The position numbers were made by a program, and so were the translations under genes. Below, one piece after another: positions 19,582 through 30,330 of a stretch of DNA of 62,084 bases. Position 1 is the stretch's first letter. Every line of letters begins with the position of its first letter. The stretch is from the sequence record SRR31156797_8083. The stretch is one strand, 5' to 3'. Below the pieces are notes generated by a model. It was not told the DNA's origin, ran no database searches, and saw only the letters and a list, made by a program, of their open reading frames with translations.

Positions 19582-20294
19582 CTCATGCGATAATTGAGCT
19601 GAAGGACGTCAGCTACGCATTTCCAAACCGGAGCAACGCTCTGGACAAACTGACCTTTCACTTGCACCACGGCGAAAAACTCGGGCTGTTCGGGCCCAAT
19701 GGTGCAGGCAAGACAACCATGTTGCATATCCTCATGGGTCTACTCACGCCTGATCAAGGCAGTGTGAAACTCTTCGGCGTTCCCATGACCGAACACAAAC
19801 TTTTTAATGAAGCCCGATTAAGAATCGGTTTCTTGTTTCAACATTCTGATGATCAGTTGTTCTGCCCGACTGTGCTTGATGATGTTGCCTTTGGCCCACT
19901 CAATCAGGGACTCTCCAAAGAAAACGCAGCCGATCGAGCACGTGAGGCGTTAGCTATTGTGGGATTGTCAGAATTTGAAGACAGGATTCCCCATCGCATG
20001 TCAGGCGGAGAAAAAAAACTCGTAGCACTGGCAACAATACTCGCCATGCGCCCGGAAGTACTTGTGTTGGATGAACCGACCACAGGATTATCTCCCGAAG
20101 CCAAAGAAAGACTCATTGTAATATTGCAAGGACTGGATATGGCTCGGTTGGTCGTTTCTCACGACCCGGACTTTCTGGCCGCAACAACAGATCGACTTAT
20201 TGCTATGCGTGATGGCCGCATCAGACCTGGTGAACTCAAACCTCACACCCATGTTCATGTCCACGAAGAAGGAGATGTGCCTCATCAGCACTAA
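19578..20294 (+). CDS. cbiO: ECF transporter ATPase with His-rich tail
   Basis: GPNGAGKTT, FQHSDDQLFCPTV, MSGGEKK, DEPT; tail HTHVHVHEEGDVPHQH. Confidence 0.88.
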   Translation: MTHAIIELKDVSYAFPNRSNALDKLTFHLHHGEKLGLFGPNGAGKTTMLHILMGLLTPDQGSVKLFGVPMTEHKLFNEARLRIGFLFQHSDDQLFCPTVLDDVAFGPLNQGLSKENAADRAREALAIVGLSEFEDRIPHRMSGGEKKLVALATILAMRPEVLVLDEPTTGLSPEAKERLIVILQGLDMARLVVSHDPDFLAATTDRLIAMRDGRIRPGELKPHTHVHVHEEGDVPHQH

Positions 20295-20306
20295 ATTGCA
20301 AAACCA

Positions 20307-20705
20307 TTAGCAAGCGGAAGCACAGACCTTTAAAATTTTATTCCGTAGCTGCTCTGCGCTGAATGGTTTGACAATATAATTGGACACTCCAAGCCTAATA
20401 GCTGCCATGACATTCTCCTGAAAGGATTCTGCCGTAACCATGATGAAAGGAATACACTTGTAGTCCTCATTACCACGCACCAACGCCAAAAATTCTTCAC
20501 CAGACATATTGGGCATTTTGTGATCCGACAGAATAAGATCAATGGACTCCTGTTGGACTATCACCCAAGCAGCATCACCATCGTCAGCGGTTACCACATT
20601 TTTTAAACCAATATCCTTCAAAGAGGTTTTGAGAATTCGCCGCATCGTACTGGAATCATCTACTACGAGGATGCGCATATCGGTATTGAAATGAAGTTCA
20701 GACAT
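20307..20705 (-). CDS. CheY-like single-domain response regulator
   Basis: ILVVDDSSTMRRI, D(HK)MPNMSG, VTAES, YIVKPF. Confidence 0.9.
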   Translation of the reverse strand: MSELHFNTDMRILVVDDSSTMRRILKTSLKDIGLKNVVTADDGDAAWVIVQQESIDLILSDHKMPNMSGEEFLALVRGNEDYKCIPFIMVTAESFQENVMAAIRLGVSNYIVKPFSAEQLRNKILKVCASAC

Positions 20706-20918
20706 CGAAAATTCTTCTTTTAATATTAAAAGGATAGGCTATTTTTACCCTGCAAATTAACACTTGAAAAAAACCGTACACTAAGCGTATACCCCGTGCA
20801 ATCTATTTGAAAAAACATAAAACAAACAATCCAGCTTTCCCCTTGGCAATTGAAAAATACGACCTATACTATTGAACGGTCTGCCAAACCCGGTCAGCCT
20901 GCAAACCACCCCCAAAGA

Positions 20919-22310
20919 ATGTCCGACACACTCACCGCAAACATGTCACGCGCACCATACCGCACCATCTGGAATCTGGCTTGGCCCCAGCTCCTGATGA
21001 TGCTTTTTCACTTCCTCATCGGCATGACAGATGTATGGGTTGCCGGGCACATCAACCGTGAGGTTCAGGCTTCACTCGGCATCATATCTCAATCTTTCTT
21101 TCTTCTGCTGGTTGTTGCCATGGCCATTGCCAACGGCGCAGTGGCTGCCATCAGCCAATCACTGGGAGCCGGGCTTATCCGACGGGTCAAACGCTATGTA
21201 GGACTCTGCATTCTGCTGGCTGCCGCTTTGGGAGGCACGTTTCTGATCATCGGTCTACCTTTGAAGAATGTCATGCTGGTTGCCCTACAAATTCCAGCGG
21301 AGATGCGAACCACCACTGAATACTTCCTCACAATCTACCTTATCATGCTGCCATCGTATTACATGCTCATGATAACCAACGCGATCTTCCGGGCACGAAA
21401 ACAAGTCATGTACCCTCTGTACTCCATGATCATTGTCACCGTGCTGAACACCGTCCTTGATCTCGGCTTGGGACTCGGTTGGTTTGGTATGCCCAATATC
21501 GGTTTCAAGGGACTTGCCTGGGCAACCTTCGTATCCATAACAGCCGGTATGTTGCTGAATATCACGGTCCTTGCCAAACACGGCTTGCTCAAGTTGGAAA
21601 GCTTTGCCCCATGGCGCTGGATGAAACGGGCAATGCCCTATCTTGCAAAAGTCGCGTGGCCATCAGGACTTATGCAAATAGTATGGCATTCCGGCTACAT
21701 GGTTCTCTACATCATTACGGCAAGTCTCCCTTGGGACGCTGTGGATGCTCTGGCTGGCATGGCGATAGGTTTGCGCATTGAAGCCCTGCTCTTTCTCCCG
21801 GCCTTTGCCTTCAATATGACCGCGAGTATCCTCATCGGCCACTATCTCGGCGCAAGACAACCCGAGGAAGCCAAAAAGTTCGGCTTTCGTATCTTGCGAA
21901 TTGGTCTGATCTCGATCACACTTTTTTCTTTTGTCGTTTGGCAATTCATGGAGCCATGGGTCGGCCTGCTCACCCGTGATGCGGCTGTTGCTGCTCAAGC
22001 CATGAGCTATCTCAAATGGAACGTACTCGCCATCCCCTTTACTCTGACCAGTATGATTCTGGCCGGAGCCCTTAACGGGGCTGGAGCGACGATGTACAAC
22101 ATGTTCATCATGGGCGCTGCAACATGGGGTCTCAGGCTCCCGCTTGCATATGGCCTCGGTCACGTCTTGATGAAAGATGCCGAAGGCATTTGGATAGCCA
22201 TGCTCTGCTCACAAATTGTTCAGGCTTCAATCCTTCTCTACTTCTTCACCTTCAAAAACTGGCAACGTTTCGCTATGATCAAAAAAAGAAACGGCCACAA
22301 CGGACGCTAA
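20919..22310 (+). CDS. MATE family transporter
   Basis: IWNLAWP, DVWVAG, LNTVLD, GLAWAT; about 12 TM segments; start uncertain (20919 or 20943). Confidence 0.88.
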   Translation: MSDTLTANMSRAPYRTIWNLAWPQLLMMLFHFLIGMTDVWVAGHINREVQASLGIISQSFFLLLVVAMAIANGAVAAISQSLGAGLIRRVKRYVGLCILLAAALGGTFLIIGLPLKNVMLVALQIPAEMRTTTEYFLTIYLIMLPSYYMLMITNAIFRARKQVMYPLYSMIIVTVLNTVLDLGLGLGWFGMPNIGFKGLAWATFVSITAGMLLNITVLAKHGLLKLESFAPWRWMKRAMPYLAKVAWPSGLMQIVWHSGYMVLYIITASLPWDAVDALAGMAIGLRIEALLFLPAFAFNMTASILIGHYLGARQPEEAKKFGFRILRIGLISITLFSFVVWQFMEPWVGLLTRDAAVAAQAMSYLKWNVLAIPFTLTSMILAGALNGAGATMYNMFIMGAATWGLRLPLAYGLGHVLMKDAEGIWIAMLCSQIVQASILLYFFTFKNWQRFAMIKKRNGHNGR

Positions 22311-22319
22311 GGGATATAC

Positions 22320-23201
22320 ATGCCTCTGAATTTTGAACCGATCAGTTTGGATCGGCAGGCAGAATACCACGCCTGCCTCACTGGATGCCCGCAACTGCTG
22401 ACCAGCGACTTCTCCTTTGCCAATGTGTTTGGCTGGGCTGAACACTATGGTCTGGAATGGGCCTTTCACAAGGACCTGTGCTTTATTCGACAGACTAAAC
22501 CGGAAACCATTCTCTGGGCACCTGTTGGCCCGTGGGAAGCTTACGACTGGGCAAATTGCAAAACCATGCACGAAAGCGGGAAATTCACCCGTGTCCCCGA
22601 AGCGCTCACCCGCCTCTGGTCTGTAGCTTACGGCAACAATATTCTGATTGAGGAAAGCCGCGAACATTGGGATTATATCTATTCAGTGGAAGATCTGATA
22701 GCACTCAAAGGCAAAAAATTTCACAAGAAAAAAAATCTGCTTAACCAATTCAAAAAGAATTATCTCTACGCCTACGAATCCATGGCCCCTGAATGTGTCG
22801 AAGAAGTTCTTGAGATGCAGGACGAATGGTACAAGTGGTACGAAGAGAACAATCCGTCTGACGCCCTCAAGGCAGAAAACCGCGCCATTACTCGTGTTTT
22901 ACACAATATTGATCAAATCGACGGACTCATGGGAGCTACTCTTCGTGTAGAAGGCAAGGTCATCGCCTACACCGTGGCCGAACCCTTGTGTGACGACTCC
23001 CTCGTTATTCACTTTGAAAAAGGCGATGTCAGATACAAAGGGGTGTATCAAGCCATTAACCAAATGTTCCTGGAACGCGACGGGGCAGGCTTCGCCAACG
23101 TCAACCGAGAACAAGACTTGGGCGACGAAGGATTGCGCAAAGCAAAATTGTCTTACAATCCATCCTTCTTCCTCAAAAAATTTGAAACAACCCTGCTATA
23201 A
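22320..23201 (+). CDS. DUF2156 / phosphatidylglycerol lysyltransferase C-terminal-like domain protein
   Basis: SDFSFAN, DYIY..LKGKKFHKKKN, IHFEKG, NREQDLGDEGLRKAKLSYNP. Confidence 0.85.
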   Translation: MPLNFEPISLDRQAEYHACLTGCPQLLTSDFSFANVFGWAEHYGLEWAFHKDLCFIRQTKPETILWAPVGPWEAYDWANCKTMHESGKFTRVPEALTRLWSVAYGNNILIEESREHWDYIYSVEDLIALKGKKFHKKKNLLNQFKKNYLYAYESMAPECVEEVLEMQDEWYKWYEENNPSDALKAENRAITRVLHNIDQIDGLMGATLRVEGKVIAYTVAEPLCDDSLVIHFEKGDVRYKGVYQAINQMFLERDGAGFANVNREQDLGDEGLRKAKLSYNPSFFLKKFETTLL

Positions 23202-23203
23202 CA

Positions 23204-24502
23204 ATGTCGATTCTCCTCTCTTCCGCCCCCCGTAAACGACTGGTTGTTCTCGGTCTGGACGGAGTGCCTCTCGGCCTTGCCAAGCGCCTCGGAGTGAGCC
23301 TGCCCAACATTGGCAGGCTCACAAAACAGGCAACCACAGTCCAAGCAGAATTACCGGAACTCTCACCGGTAAACTGGACTGCCTTCTTCACAGGCGAGGG
23401 GCCAGAAAAACATACCATTTTCGGATTCTCCCACATGGACCCGCACACGTATCAACTGCGGATTTGCAACAGCCACGACATAGAATGCCCAACCATTTTC
23501 GACCGCCTCGGTGAAAGCGGCATTGTATCCCGTATCATCAATCTACCGGGGACATACCCAGTGCGTCCCTTGCGCGGCATGTGCATATCCGGGTTTGTCT
23601 CTCTTGATCTTGAGAAATCTGCTTACCCCACGTTTTTAAAAGAAAAAACACGATCAATCGATTACAAACTCGAAGCTGACACCAACAAGGGGCGAGACGA
23701 TCTTGACTATCTTCTCAAAGAATTACGTATGACCCTCGACTCCCGCCTCAAGGCCTTGGACATGCTCTGGCCGGACCTTGGTTGGGACCTGTTCATCCAT
23801 GTCTTCACAGAGACTGACCGCCTCTTTCACTTCTTCATGGACGCAGTACTTCACGAAGACCATCCTGCCCACTTTGAATGCATGCGCTTTCTCGCAGACT
23901 GGGACCACGCCATTGGCCTTTTTCTCGAAAGGTACGACGCCCTCCCCGGCCCAAAGCGATTACTCGTGCTTGCCGACCACGGTTTCACAGAACTCAAAAC
24001 CGAAGTATGCCTGAACACATGGTTGAAACAACAAGGATTACTCTCACTCACAGGCTCGCCTGCTGACGAATGGGATGCGTCAAAAATCTCATCTGATTCA
24101 AAGGCATTCGCCCTTGACCCAGGGCGTATATACATCCATTCGGCTGAGCGTTTCGCCCGTGGATTTGTCACGGAAGAGAATAAAACCAACTTGCTCAAAA
24201 CCATAAAGCATGACCTGCTCCAGTTAACATACAAAGGCGAGCTTATTCTAAAAGCTGTACATGACAGGAATGAACTCTACCCCGGGACACTGTCGGCACA
24301 GGCTCCCGACCTCGTTTGTGAAGCAAACCCCGGCTTTGATCTCAAAGCAAAATTTGATCGCAATGACATATTTGGTTTGCATGGACGAACAGGGACACAT
24401 ACGGTGGACGGAGCAATTTTCTCCGACACGGACGGCTCGCGCCCAAAACGAATGCGCGACATTGGCAACACCATACTCCAACACTTTGATATTAAGAAAT
24501 AA
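23204..24502 (+). CDS. Alkaline phosphatase superfamily (type I phosphodiesterase/nucleotide pyrophosphatase)
   Basis: LGLDGVP, SPVNWT nucleophile region, TDRLFH, ADHGF, GTH. Confidence 0.85.
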   Translation: MSILLSSAPRKRLVVLGLDGVPLGLAKRLGVSLPNIGRLTKQATTVQAELPELSPVNWTAFFTGEGPEKHTIFGFSHMDPHTYQLRICNSHDIECPTIFDRLGESGIVSRIINLPGTYPVRPLRGMCISGFVSLDLEKSAYPTFLKEKTRSIDYKLEADTNKGRDDLDYLLKELRMTLDSRLKALDMLWPDLGWDLFIHVFTETDRLFHFFMDAVLHEDHPAHFECMRFLADWDHAIGLFLERYDALPGPKRLLVLADHGFTELKTEVCLNTWLKQQGLLSLTGSPADEWDASKISSDSKAFALDPGRIYIHSAERFARGFVTEENKTNLLKTIKHDLLQLTYKGELILKAVHDRNELYPGTLSAQAPDLVCEANPGFDLKAKFDRNDIFGLHGRTGTHTVDGAIFSDTDGSRPKRMRDIGNTILQHFDIKK

Positions 24503-26638
24503 ATGAGCATAGACTTCGAAAACGAACTTAATGAGGCACAGCGTAAGGCAGTCCAAACCACCGAAGGCCCGGTACTGGTCATCGCCGGTGCCGGATCCGG
24601 TAAGACACGCACCATCGTCTACCGACTGGCCCACCTTGTGGAATCAGGCGTCGACCCCAGTCAAATCCTGCTCCTAACCTTTACCCGAAAAGCTGCTCAG
24701 GAAATGCTCAAACGCGCCGAAATGATCCTCGGCCGCTCTCTGCACAGCACTTCCGGTGGAACATTTCACTCATTCGCTTATGCAACCCTGCGCCAAAATG
24801 CCATGGACATTGGATTTGACAACGGATTCACTCTCATGGACCGTGCCGACAGCGAAAACATATGCAAAGACGTCAAGGATGATCTCAAACTCGGCAAAGG
24901 AGACCGCTCCTATCCGAGGAAATCCACCCTATTGGACATGATCACCAAATCCCGAAACAAGGAATTGCCCATTGAGACGATCCTCGAACGAGAGGCATAC
25001 CACCTGAATTCCTATCTTGATGATCTCAATGAAATTTCTGATGGTTATGCTCATTTCAAGCGAAATCATGCGTTGATGGATTACGACGATCTACTCTTTC
25101 TCGTTGACAAACTGCTCACGGAAAATGAACCGTTACGAAATCAGCTCCAGACCAAGTACCGCTATATCATGGTGGACGAATATCAGGATACCAATCTGGT
25201 TCAGGCTCGCATCGTCAAACTTCTGGCCGGAGACAAGGGTAATGTCATGGCCGTTGGAGACGATGCCCAGTCCATTTACGCATTCCGTGGCGCCAACGTT
25301 GCCAACATTTTGGAATTCCCCAAAATTTTCAAAGACACCAAGGTCATTCGCCTTGAAAAGAACTATCGCTCTGTCCAGCCCATTCTTGATCTGACCAATG
25401 AAATTCTCAAGGGCGCGACTATCAAATTCGATAAGAAGCTCTATTCAGACCTCAAAAGCAACAACTTACCCGAAGTGGTCCACCCTCTTAGCGACCAGAG
25501 TCAGGCGAAACTTGTGGTGGATCAGATTCTGGAATTTCGACGTAAATTTTCATTACATGACGTAGCCGTCCTATTCAGGGCTGGATATCAATCCTTCCCG
25601 CTTGAAGTGGCTTTGACACGCATCGGCATCGACTACCAAAAATATGGTGGCATCAGATTTCATGAGGCAGCCCATATCAAGGATGTGTTGTCCTATCTCC
25701 GCTTGGTGCTCAACCCGCACGACCTACTGGCGTGGCAACGCGCTCTGGATCATATCAAGGGCGTCGGTCCCAAGACCGTGGCAAAAATCTACAAAGCCAT
25801 CCATGCCCGCGATGATAAATATATTGGCAAGATGACCAGAAAACACGAGCAACTCGGGGAACTCCTCGGAGAACTCAATAAGTTACGCGCCACTCCACCC
25901 AAGCCTTCGGCCATTCTGGAATCCATTCTAGCCTTCTATCAACCGATACTCACCGAAAAGTACCCGGACGATTACCCCAAGCGTCAGGCTGGATTGGAAC
26001 AACTCAGCCAAATTGCAGTCAACTACTCTGACATGGAGCAATTCCTTGGCGATCTGAGTCTGGATGGTGACCCGGAAGAAGAAAAACGCAAGGAAAACGC
26101 CGTGGTGCTTTCCACTGTCCACTCCGCCAAAGGATTGGAATGGTCTGCGGTCATCATTATCGATCTCGTTGAAGACAGATTTCCATCACGCCGAGCCATG
26201 CAACGCGCTGAGGACCTGGAAGAAGAACGTCGCCTTATGTACGTGGCTTGCACCCGCGCAAAAAAATGTCTCAAGCTCTTTGTGCCAAGCTCGGTATACA
26301 ACCGAGCCAGCGGTATGTCGGAACCGACCCTGCCCAGCCCATTTATCCTTGAATTGCCGGATACGGTCTTCGACAGAATGAACGAATCCTATGGAGGCGG
26401 ACTGGAACAAAGACGCAAACGTGGCACGAGCGGCGCAACACCCTTGTCACGACCAACGACCAGCGAACCGGACGTAGCGACTACCCCCAAATCCGATCCT
26501 TCCAAGCTCGGATTCTGCCGCCACAAAATTTTCGGCAAAGGGAAAATCATCGCCCACATCGAACCGAATAAGTATAGGGTAAATTTCCCGGGATTCGGCC
26601 TCAAGGTTATCATAGGGGACTACCTTGAACTCATCTAA
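24503..26638 (+). CDS. UvrD/PcrA-family ATP-dependent DNA helicase
   Basis: AGAGSGKT, TFTRKAA, VDEYQDTN, GDDAQSIYAFRGA, STVHSAKGLEW, YVACTRAK. Confidence 0.93.
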   Translation: MSIDFENELNEAQRKAVQTTEGPVLVIAGAGSGKTRTIVYRLAHLVESGVDPSQILLLTFTRKAAQEMLKRAEMILGRSLHSTSGGTFHSFAYATLRQNAMDIGFDNGFTLMDRADSENICKDVKDDLKLGKGDRSYPRKSTLLDMITKSRNKELPIETILEREAYHLNSYLDDLNEISDGYAHFKRNHALMDYDDLLFLVDKLLTENEPLRNQLQTKYRYIMVDEYQDTNLVQARIVKLLAGDKGNVMAVGDDAQSIYAFRGANVANILEFPKIFKDTKVIRLEKNYRSVQPILDLTNEILKGATIKFDKKLYSDLKSNNLPEVVHPLSDQSQAKLVVDQILEFRRKFSLHDVAVLFRAGYQSFPLEVALTRIGIDYQKYGGIRFHEAAHIKDVLSYLRLVLNPHDLLAWQRALDHIKGVGPKTVAKIYKAIHARDDKYIGKMTRKHEQLGELLGELNKLRATPPKPSAILESILAFYQPILTEKYPDDYPKRQAGLEQLSQIAVNYSDMEQFLGDLSLDGDPEEEKRKENAVVLSTVHSAKGLEWSAVIIIDLVEDRFPSRRAMQRAEDLEEERRLMYVACTRAKKCLKLFVPSSVYNRASGMSEPTLPSPFILELPDTVFDRMNESYGGGLEQRRKRGTSGATPLSRPTTSEPDVATTPKSDPSKLGFCRHKIFGKGKIIAHIEPNKYRVNFPGFGLKVIIGDYLELI

Positions 26639-26663
26639 CAGACAGAATTACAGAGATTAAGAT

Positions 26664-27611
26664 ATGAAAAGCGAAGCACAATTCCTTGAACTCATTGATA
26701 CTCATTTCAAAGGGCATCATGATTTTGTGTCCCTTGGACGTGGTGACGACTGCGCAGTCTTGACTGGCGGCAAAGACTTTTGCGTTTCTTCCGATCTTTT
26801 TCTGGAAGATGTTCATTTCAGGCACGATTATTTTTCCGCAGCCAACATTGGCTACAAAGCCCTGGCTGTAAACATCAGTGATATTGCAGCCATGGGAGCC
26901 AAACCCGTGGCTTTTACCATGGACCTCATGGTTCCCTCCAATCTGGACGACGAATTCTGGAACGACTTCTTCAAGTCCATGAGTATGTTAGCCCGCCAAA
27001 ATGACATGGTACTGGCTGGCGGAGACCTGAGCAAAGCGAATAAACTCGGCATATCGATTTCCATTTTCGGCGTGGCTGGCTCAACCGGATTTCTCAAACG
27101 CCAAAACTGTGCATACGGCGACATTCTGTTCACCATTGGCGACATCGGTTTAGCCCGAGCCGGACTCATGGCCCTTGAAGCTACCGGGGAAAAAGCTCGT
27201 GAGGTATTGCCTGCCGCAGTTCTTGCCCACCTGCGCCCCAAACCAAAGGTCATGATTGGCACATTACTTAACGCTGCTGGTGTCAAAGGACTTATGGACA
27301 TATCCGACGGTCTGGCCCGTGATCTTCCCCGCTTTCTTGGTCCAGAACTCGGCGCTGACCTGACCATTGAAACAAAGAACCTCAATAGCAACGTGATAAC
27401 TTTTGCCCAGACTATCGACGTTGATCCTGTTGAATTTGCCCTGCTCGGAGGTGAGGACTATGCTCTGCTTGGCGCAGTTTCCCCCTTCGAAGCCGGAAAA
27501 GCTGAATCAGTACCAGGTTTTACTCGTATCGGTACAGTGACAAAAAAAACCGGCCTTACGGTCAACGGGGAACCGTTCACCACACCGGGATTTGATCACT
27601 TCAACGACTAA
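26664..27611 (+). CDS. thiL: Thiamine-monophosphate kinase
   Basis: GDDCAV, VNISDIAAMGA, GGD, MDISDGL, GGEDYALL. Confidence 0.93.
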   Translation: MKSEAQFLELIDTHFKGHHDFVSLGRGDDCAVLTGGKDFCVSSDLFLEDVHFRHDYFSAANIGYKALAVNISDIAAMGAKPVAFTMDLMVPSNLDDEFWNDFFKSMSMLARQNDMVLAGGDLSKANKLGISISIFGVAGSTGFLKRQNCAYGDILFTIGDIGLARAGLMALEATGEKAREVLPAAVLAHLRPKPKVMIGTLLNAAGVKGLMDISDGLARDLPRFLGPELGADLTIETKNLNSNVITFAQTIDVDPVEFALLGGEDYALLGAVSPFEAGKAESVPGFTRIGTVTKKTGLTVNGEPFTTPGFDHFND

Positions 27612-27632
27612 CCATCTCCATTGGAGGCTGAC

Positions 27633-28037
27633 ATGGACACTAATCTTGTTATCATAGGCGTCATTCATTCTGACATCACTGATCTTGCAACGGCCCCAAA
27701 GATGGAAAATGAACCAGGAGCCGTGCGCGCCCGTATTGAATTGGACCCTGCGTACAAAGTAGGTCTGGACGCCATGGAAATCGGCGCACAGTTGGAACTG
27801 TTCACTTGGTTGCACCAAGGCGATCGGACCACCCTCAAAGTCCACCCGCGTGGAGATCTGAGCCAACCACAACGCGGAGTTTTTTCGACGCGCTCTCCAT
27901 CCCGTCCCAACCCCATTGGATTGCACAGGGTCACACTGATTGCCATTGAAGAACCGTTGACACTCGTAGTGGAGCCCTTGGAAGTCCTCGACGGGACACC
28001 TGTCATCGATATCAAGACGAAGCCCAAAGGGTACTAA
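27633..28037 (+). CDS. tsaA: tRNA (t6A37-N6)-methyltransferase TrmO/TsaA domain
   Basis: IGVIHS, GVFSTRSPSRPNPIGL, LDGTPVIDIK; GGAGG RBS. Confidence 0.88.
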   Translation: MDTNLVIIGVIHSDITDLATAPKMENEPGAVRARIELDPAYKVGLDAMEIGAQLELFTWLHQGDRTTLKVHPRGDLSQPQRGVFSTRSPSRPNPIGLHRVTLIAIEEPLTLVVEPLEVLDGTPVIDIKTKPKGY

Positions 28038-28039
28038 TT

Positions 28040-28906
28040 GTGGACCTGTTTGAGGCTGTGGAAAGCACTGGCGACAATCAGGTCGCCGGATGGGTGCAAA
28101 CCACGGATGGAGTTCGCCTTTGGGTAACCATTCAAGGCACAGGACGTCCTCTTGTGCTACTCCACGGCTGGACCATGAGCTCCCTGTTCTGGCGACGTCA
28201 ACTTTCACTGGCCGACCAATTTCAAGTCGTTACCATCGACCTGCGAGGTCACGGCAAATCACAGGATACGCTACGCGGACACACGTTGCCTCGATACGCA
28301 ACGGATGTCCGGGAAGTCCTTATTGCTCTGCGTCTTCAGAACGTCATGCTTGTCGGCTGGTCCATGGGCGGATCGGTTGTCATGGAATACTGGAATCAGT
28401 TCGGACTGGACAAGCTATCAAGTATCGGCCTTGTCGAAACAGCTCCGGCCCCCATGTCTCCTGCACCATGGAACACCCACAAATGTCACGGGGGCAATAC
28501 CGAGGCCTTGCACGACAACATCAAAGCCATGATTGATGATCGCACAACATTCACCGACCAATTTGCCAACGCCATGTTTCTTTCCGGACAGGCTCCAAGC
28601 CACGCTCTCAACTGGATGCAACGGGAACAGCTCAAAATATCACCACAGAATGCCGCAGCCATATATGAAGACTATGCCAACCGCGATTACACTCCCGTCC
28701 TACCGACGATCACTTGTCCGGCACTCATCGTATATGGTCGTTCCCGGCACATGTGCTACGGTCCCTCAACAGGACGCTACGTGGCGGGCTCAATCCCAAA
28801 CTCTCGCTTCATCATCCTCGATAAAAGCGGACATTTGCCATTCTATGAAGAACCTGATCTATTCAATGAAGCTTTGACCAATTTCATGCCTCAAACGGCT
28901 CCCTAG
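28040..28906 (+). CDS. Alpha/beta-fold hydrolase
   Basis: LLHGW, DLRGHGKS, GWSMGG nucleophile elbow, SGHLPF. Confidence 0.9.
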   Translation: MDLFEAVESTGDNQVAGWVQTTDGVRLWVTIQGTGRPLVLLHGWTMSSLFWRRQLSLADQFQVVTIDLRGHGKSQDTLRGHTLPRYATDVREVLIALRLQNVMLVGWSMGGSVVMEYWNQFGLDKLSSIGLVETAPAPMSPAPWNTHKCHGGNTEALHDNIKAMIDDRTTFTDQFANAMFLSGQAPSHALNWMQREQLKISPQNAAAIYEDYANRDYTPVLPTITCPALIVYGRSRHMCYGPSTGRYVAGSIPNSRFIILDKSGHLPFYEEPDLFNEALTNFMPQTAP

Positions 28907-28914
28907 GAGGACCA

Positions 28915-29484
28915 ATGAGATCGTTGACCACCCTTTTCGCGGCCCTGCTCTTGATCTTGATTTTCTCAGCCCCTGTCATGAGTGCAAGCAAAGCCGATGT
29001 GGTCCTGCTCGACTCTCAAATGGTTGGTGACCAACAGATATTTCTCAACGGTATCGCTCTGCGTGAAAAATTCGTCTTTGACGTGTATGTGGCCGGTCTT
29101 TATCTCCCTGAAAAATCTTCTGATCCAGCAAAAATTCTCCAACGAGACGAACCTCGTATAATGGTCATGCATTTCTTGCGTGATGTAGAAGCCAAAAAGA
29201 TCATCGATGCATGGTATGAAGGACTTGAAGACAATGTGGAGAACGTTACACCGGAACTCAAGGCGAAGTTCGACCAACTGGCCGCCATGATGACAGACAT
29301 CAAAAAAAATCAAAGTATGGGGTTCATATACAGTCCCGTTACCGGCACCGACGTCATGGTCGCCGATCAGCCCAAAGGCGCCATCCTTGGCAAAGACTTT
29401 GCCGACGCAATTCTTGCCACTTGGATTGGACCAAAGCCCGGCCCAGGAAAAAACTTCAAGCAGGAAATTTTGGGAATGGAATAG
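28915..29484 (+). CDS. Chalcone isomerase-like periplasmic protein
   Basis: Signal peptide; LNGIALR..FDVYVAGLYL; DFADAILATWIG. Confidence 0.82.
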   Translation: MRSLTTLFAALLLILIFSAPVMSASKADVVLLDSQMVGDQQIFLNGIALREKFVFDVYVAGLYLPEKSSDPAKILQRDEPRIMVMHFLRDVEAKKIIDAWYEGLEDNVENVTPELKAKFDQLAAMMTDIKKNQSMGFIYSPVTGTDVMVADQPKGAILGKDFADAILATWIGPKPGPGKNFKQEILGME

Positions 29485-29607
29485 AAAAAAATCTGCTATC
29501 AGTCGCTTTCAGCAGAACCAAAAAAACCTTTAAAAAAAAGCTTTTTGGACTCTCCTCAACTTTTTGTCACACCGTCAGGGGAATTAAACGAACGCGTTTT
29601 GACATGA

Positions 29608-30180
29608 TTAGATTTGCGGGACGACCTTACGTATAGGGCCAAGGAGTTTGTTGATTCGGCTACCAGACGGACTTGTAATAACACTCGCGCCACCTGCTGT
29701 TTCAAAAGTATAGAAAAGCTCGGGATCAACTTCTCGCGCAACAGCCAAAAGCTGTTTCATATCTTTTCGTTTACAAACCACGAATTGCACTGTGACTGGG
29801 CCATCAGAGCCTTCACCTGCCACAGTGGTAATCATGAAACCCCCTTCCCGCACAGCCTGAGCAATCGAGTGTCCTTTCCATGCACTGATGATGCGCACAA
29901 CGACATTACCGAGCGCAAGCTTCTTTTCAGCCATAATTCCCACCACATTGCCACATGCAAAGCCCGCAGCATAACAAACACCAAGAATTGGCTCATCACC
30001 AACCTTGAGCATGACTGTTGACGTACCAAAAACCCAGAGCGTCATCTCCAAACACCCCAAAGAAAATGCAGCACGCGACTCGCCAAGCACAGTCACCATT
30101 GTACGAACCGTCCCAAGTGTCAGGACAGCAACCTCAACACAAAAGATAAGTACGCCAAGAAAAAGGACATCCATATTCAT
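29608..30180 (-). CDS. DUF2179/DUF5698 (UPF0316) membrane protein
   Basis: LGTVRT, YAAGFACGNVVG, C-terminal GEG..G / DP motifs. Confidence 0.8.
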   Translation of the reverse strand: MNMDVLFLGVLIFCVEVAVLTLGTVRTMVTVLGESRAAFSLGCLEMTLWVFGTSTVMLKVGDEPILGVCYAAGFACGNVVGIMAEKKLALGNVVVRIISAWKGHSIAQAVREGGFMITTVAGEGSDGPVTVQFVVCKRKDMKQLLAVAREVDPELFYTFETAGGASVITSPSGSRINKLLGPIRKVVPQI

Positions 30181-30330
30181 CTCACAACCTCATATTCAAA
30201 TTTGGATTGCGTGATTTATAGACGTTTCTTCCCACGGTCAAGTGTTTATTTCATCCTCAAAAAATTCACCCGCAAAGCAGCAAAATGCAGTTTAGATAAA
30301 AAAAAGAAATGGGTGGGCTGAAAGCAAGCA

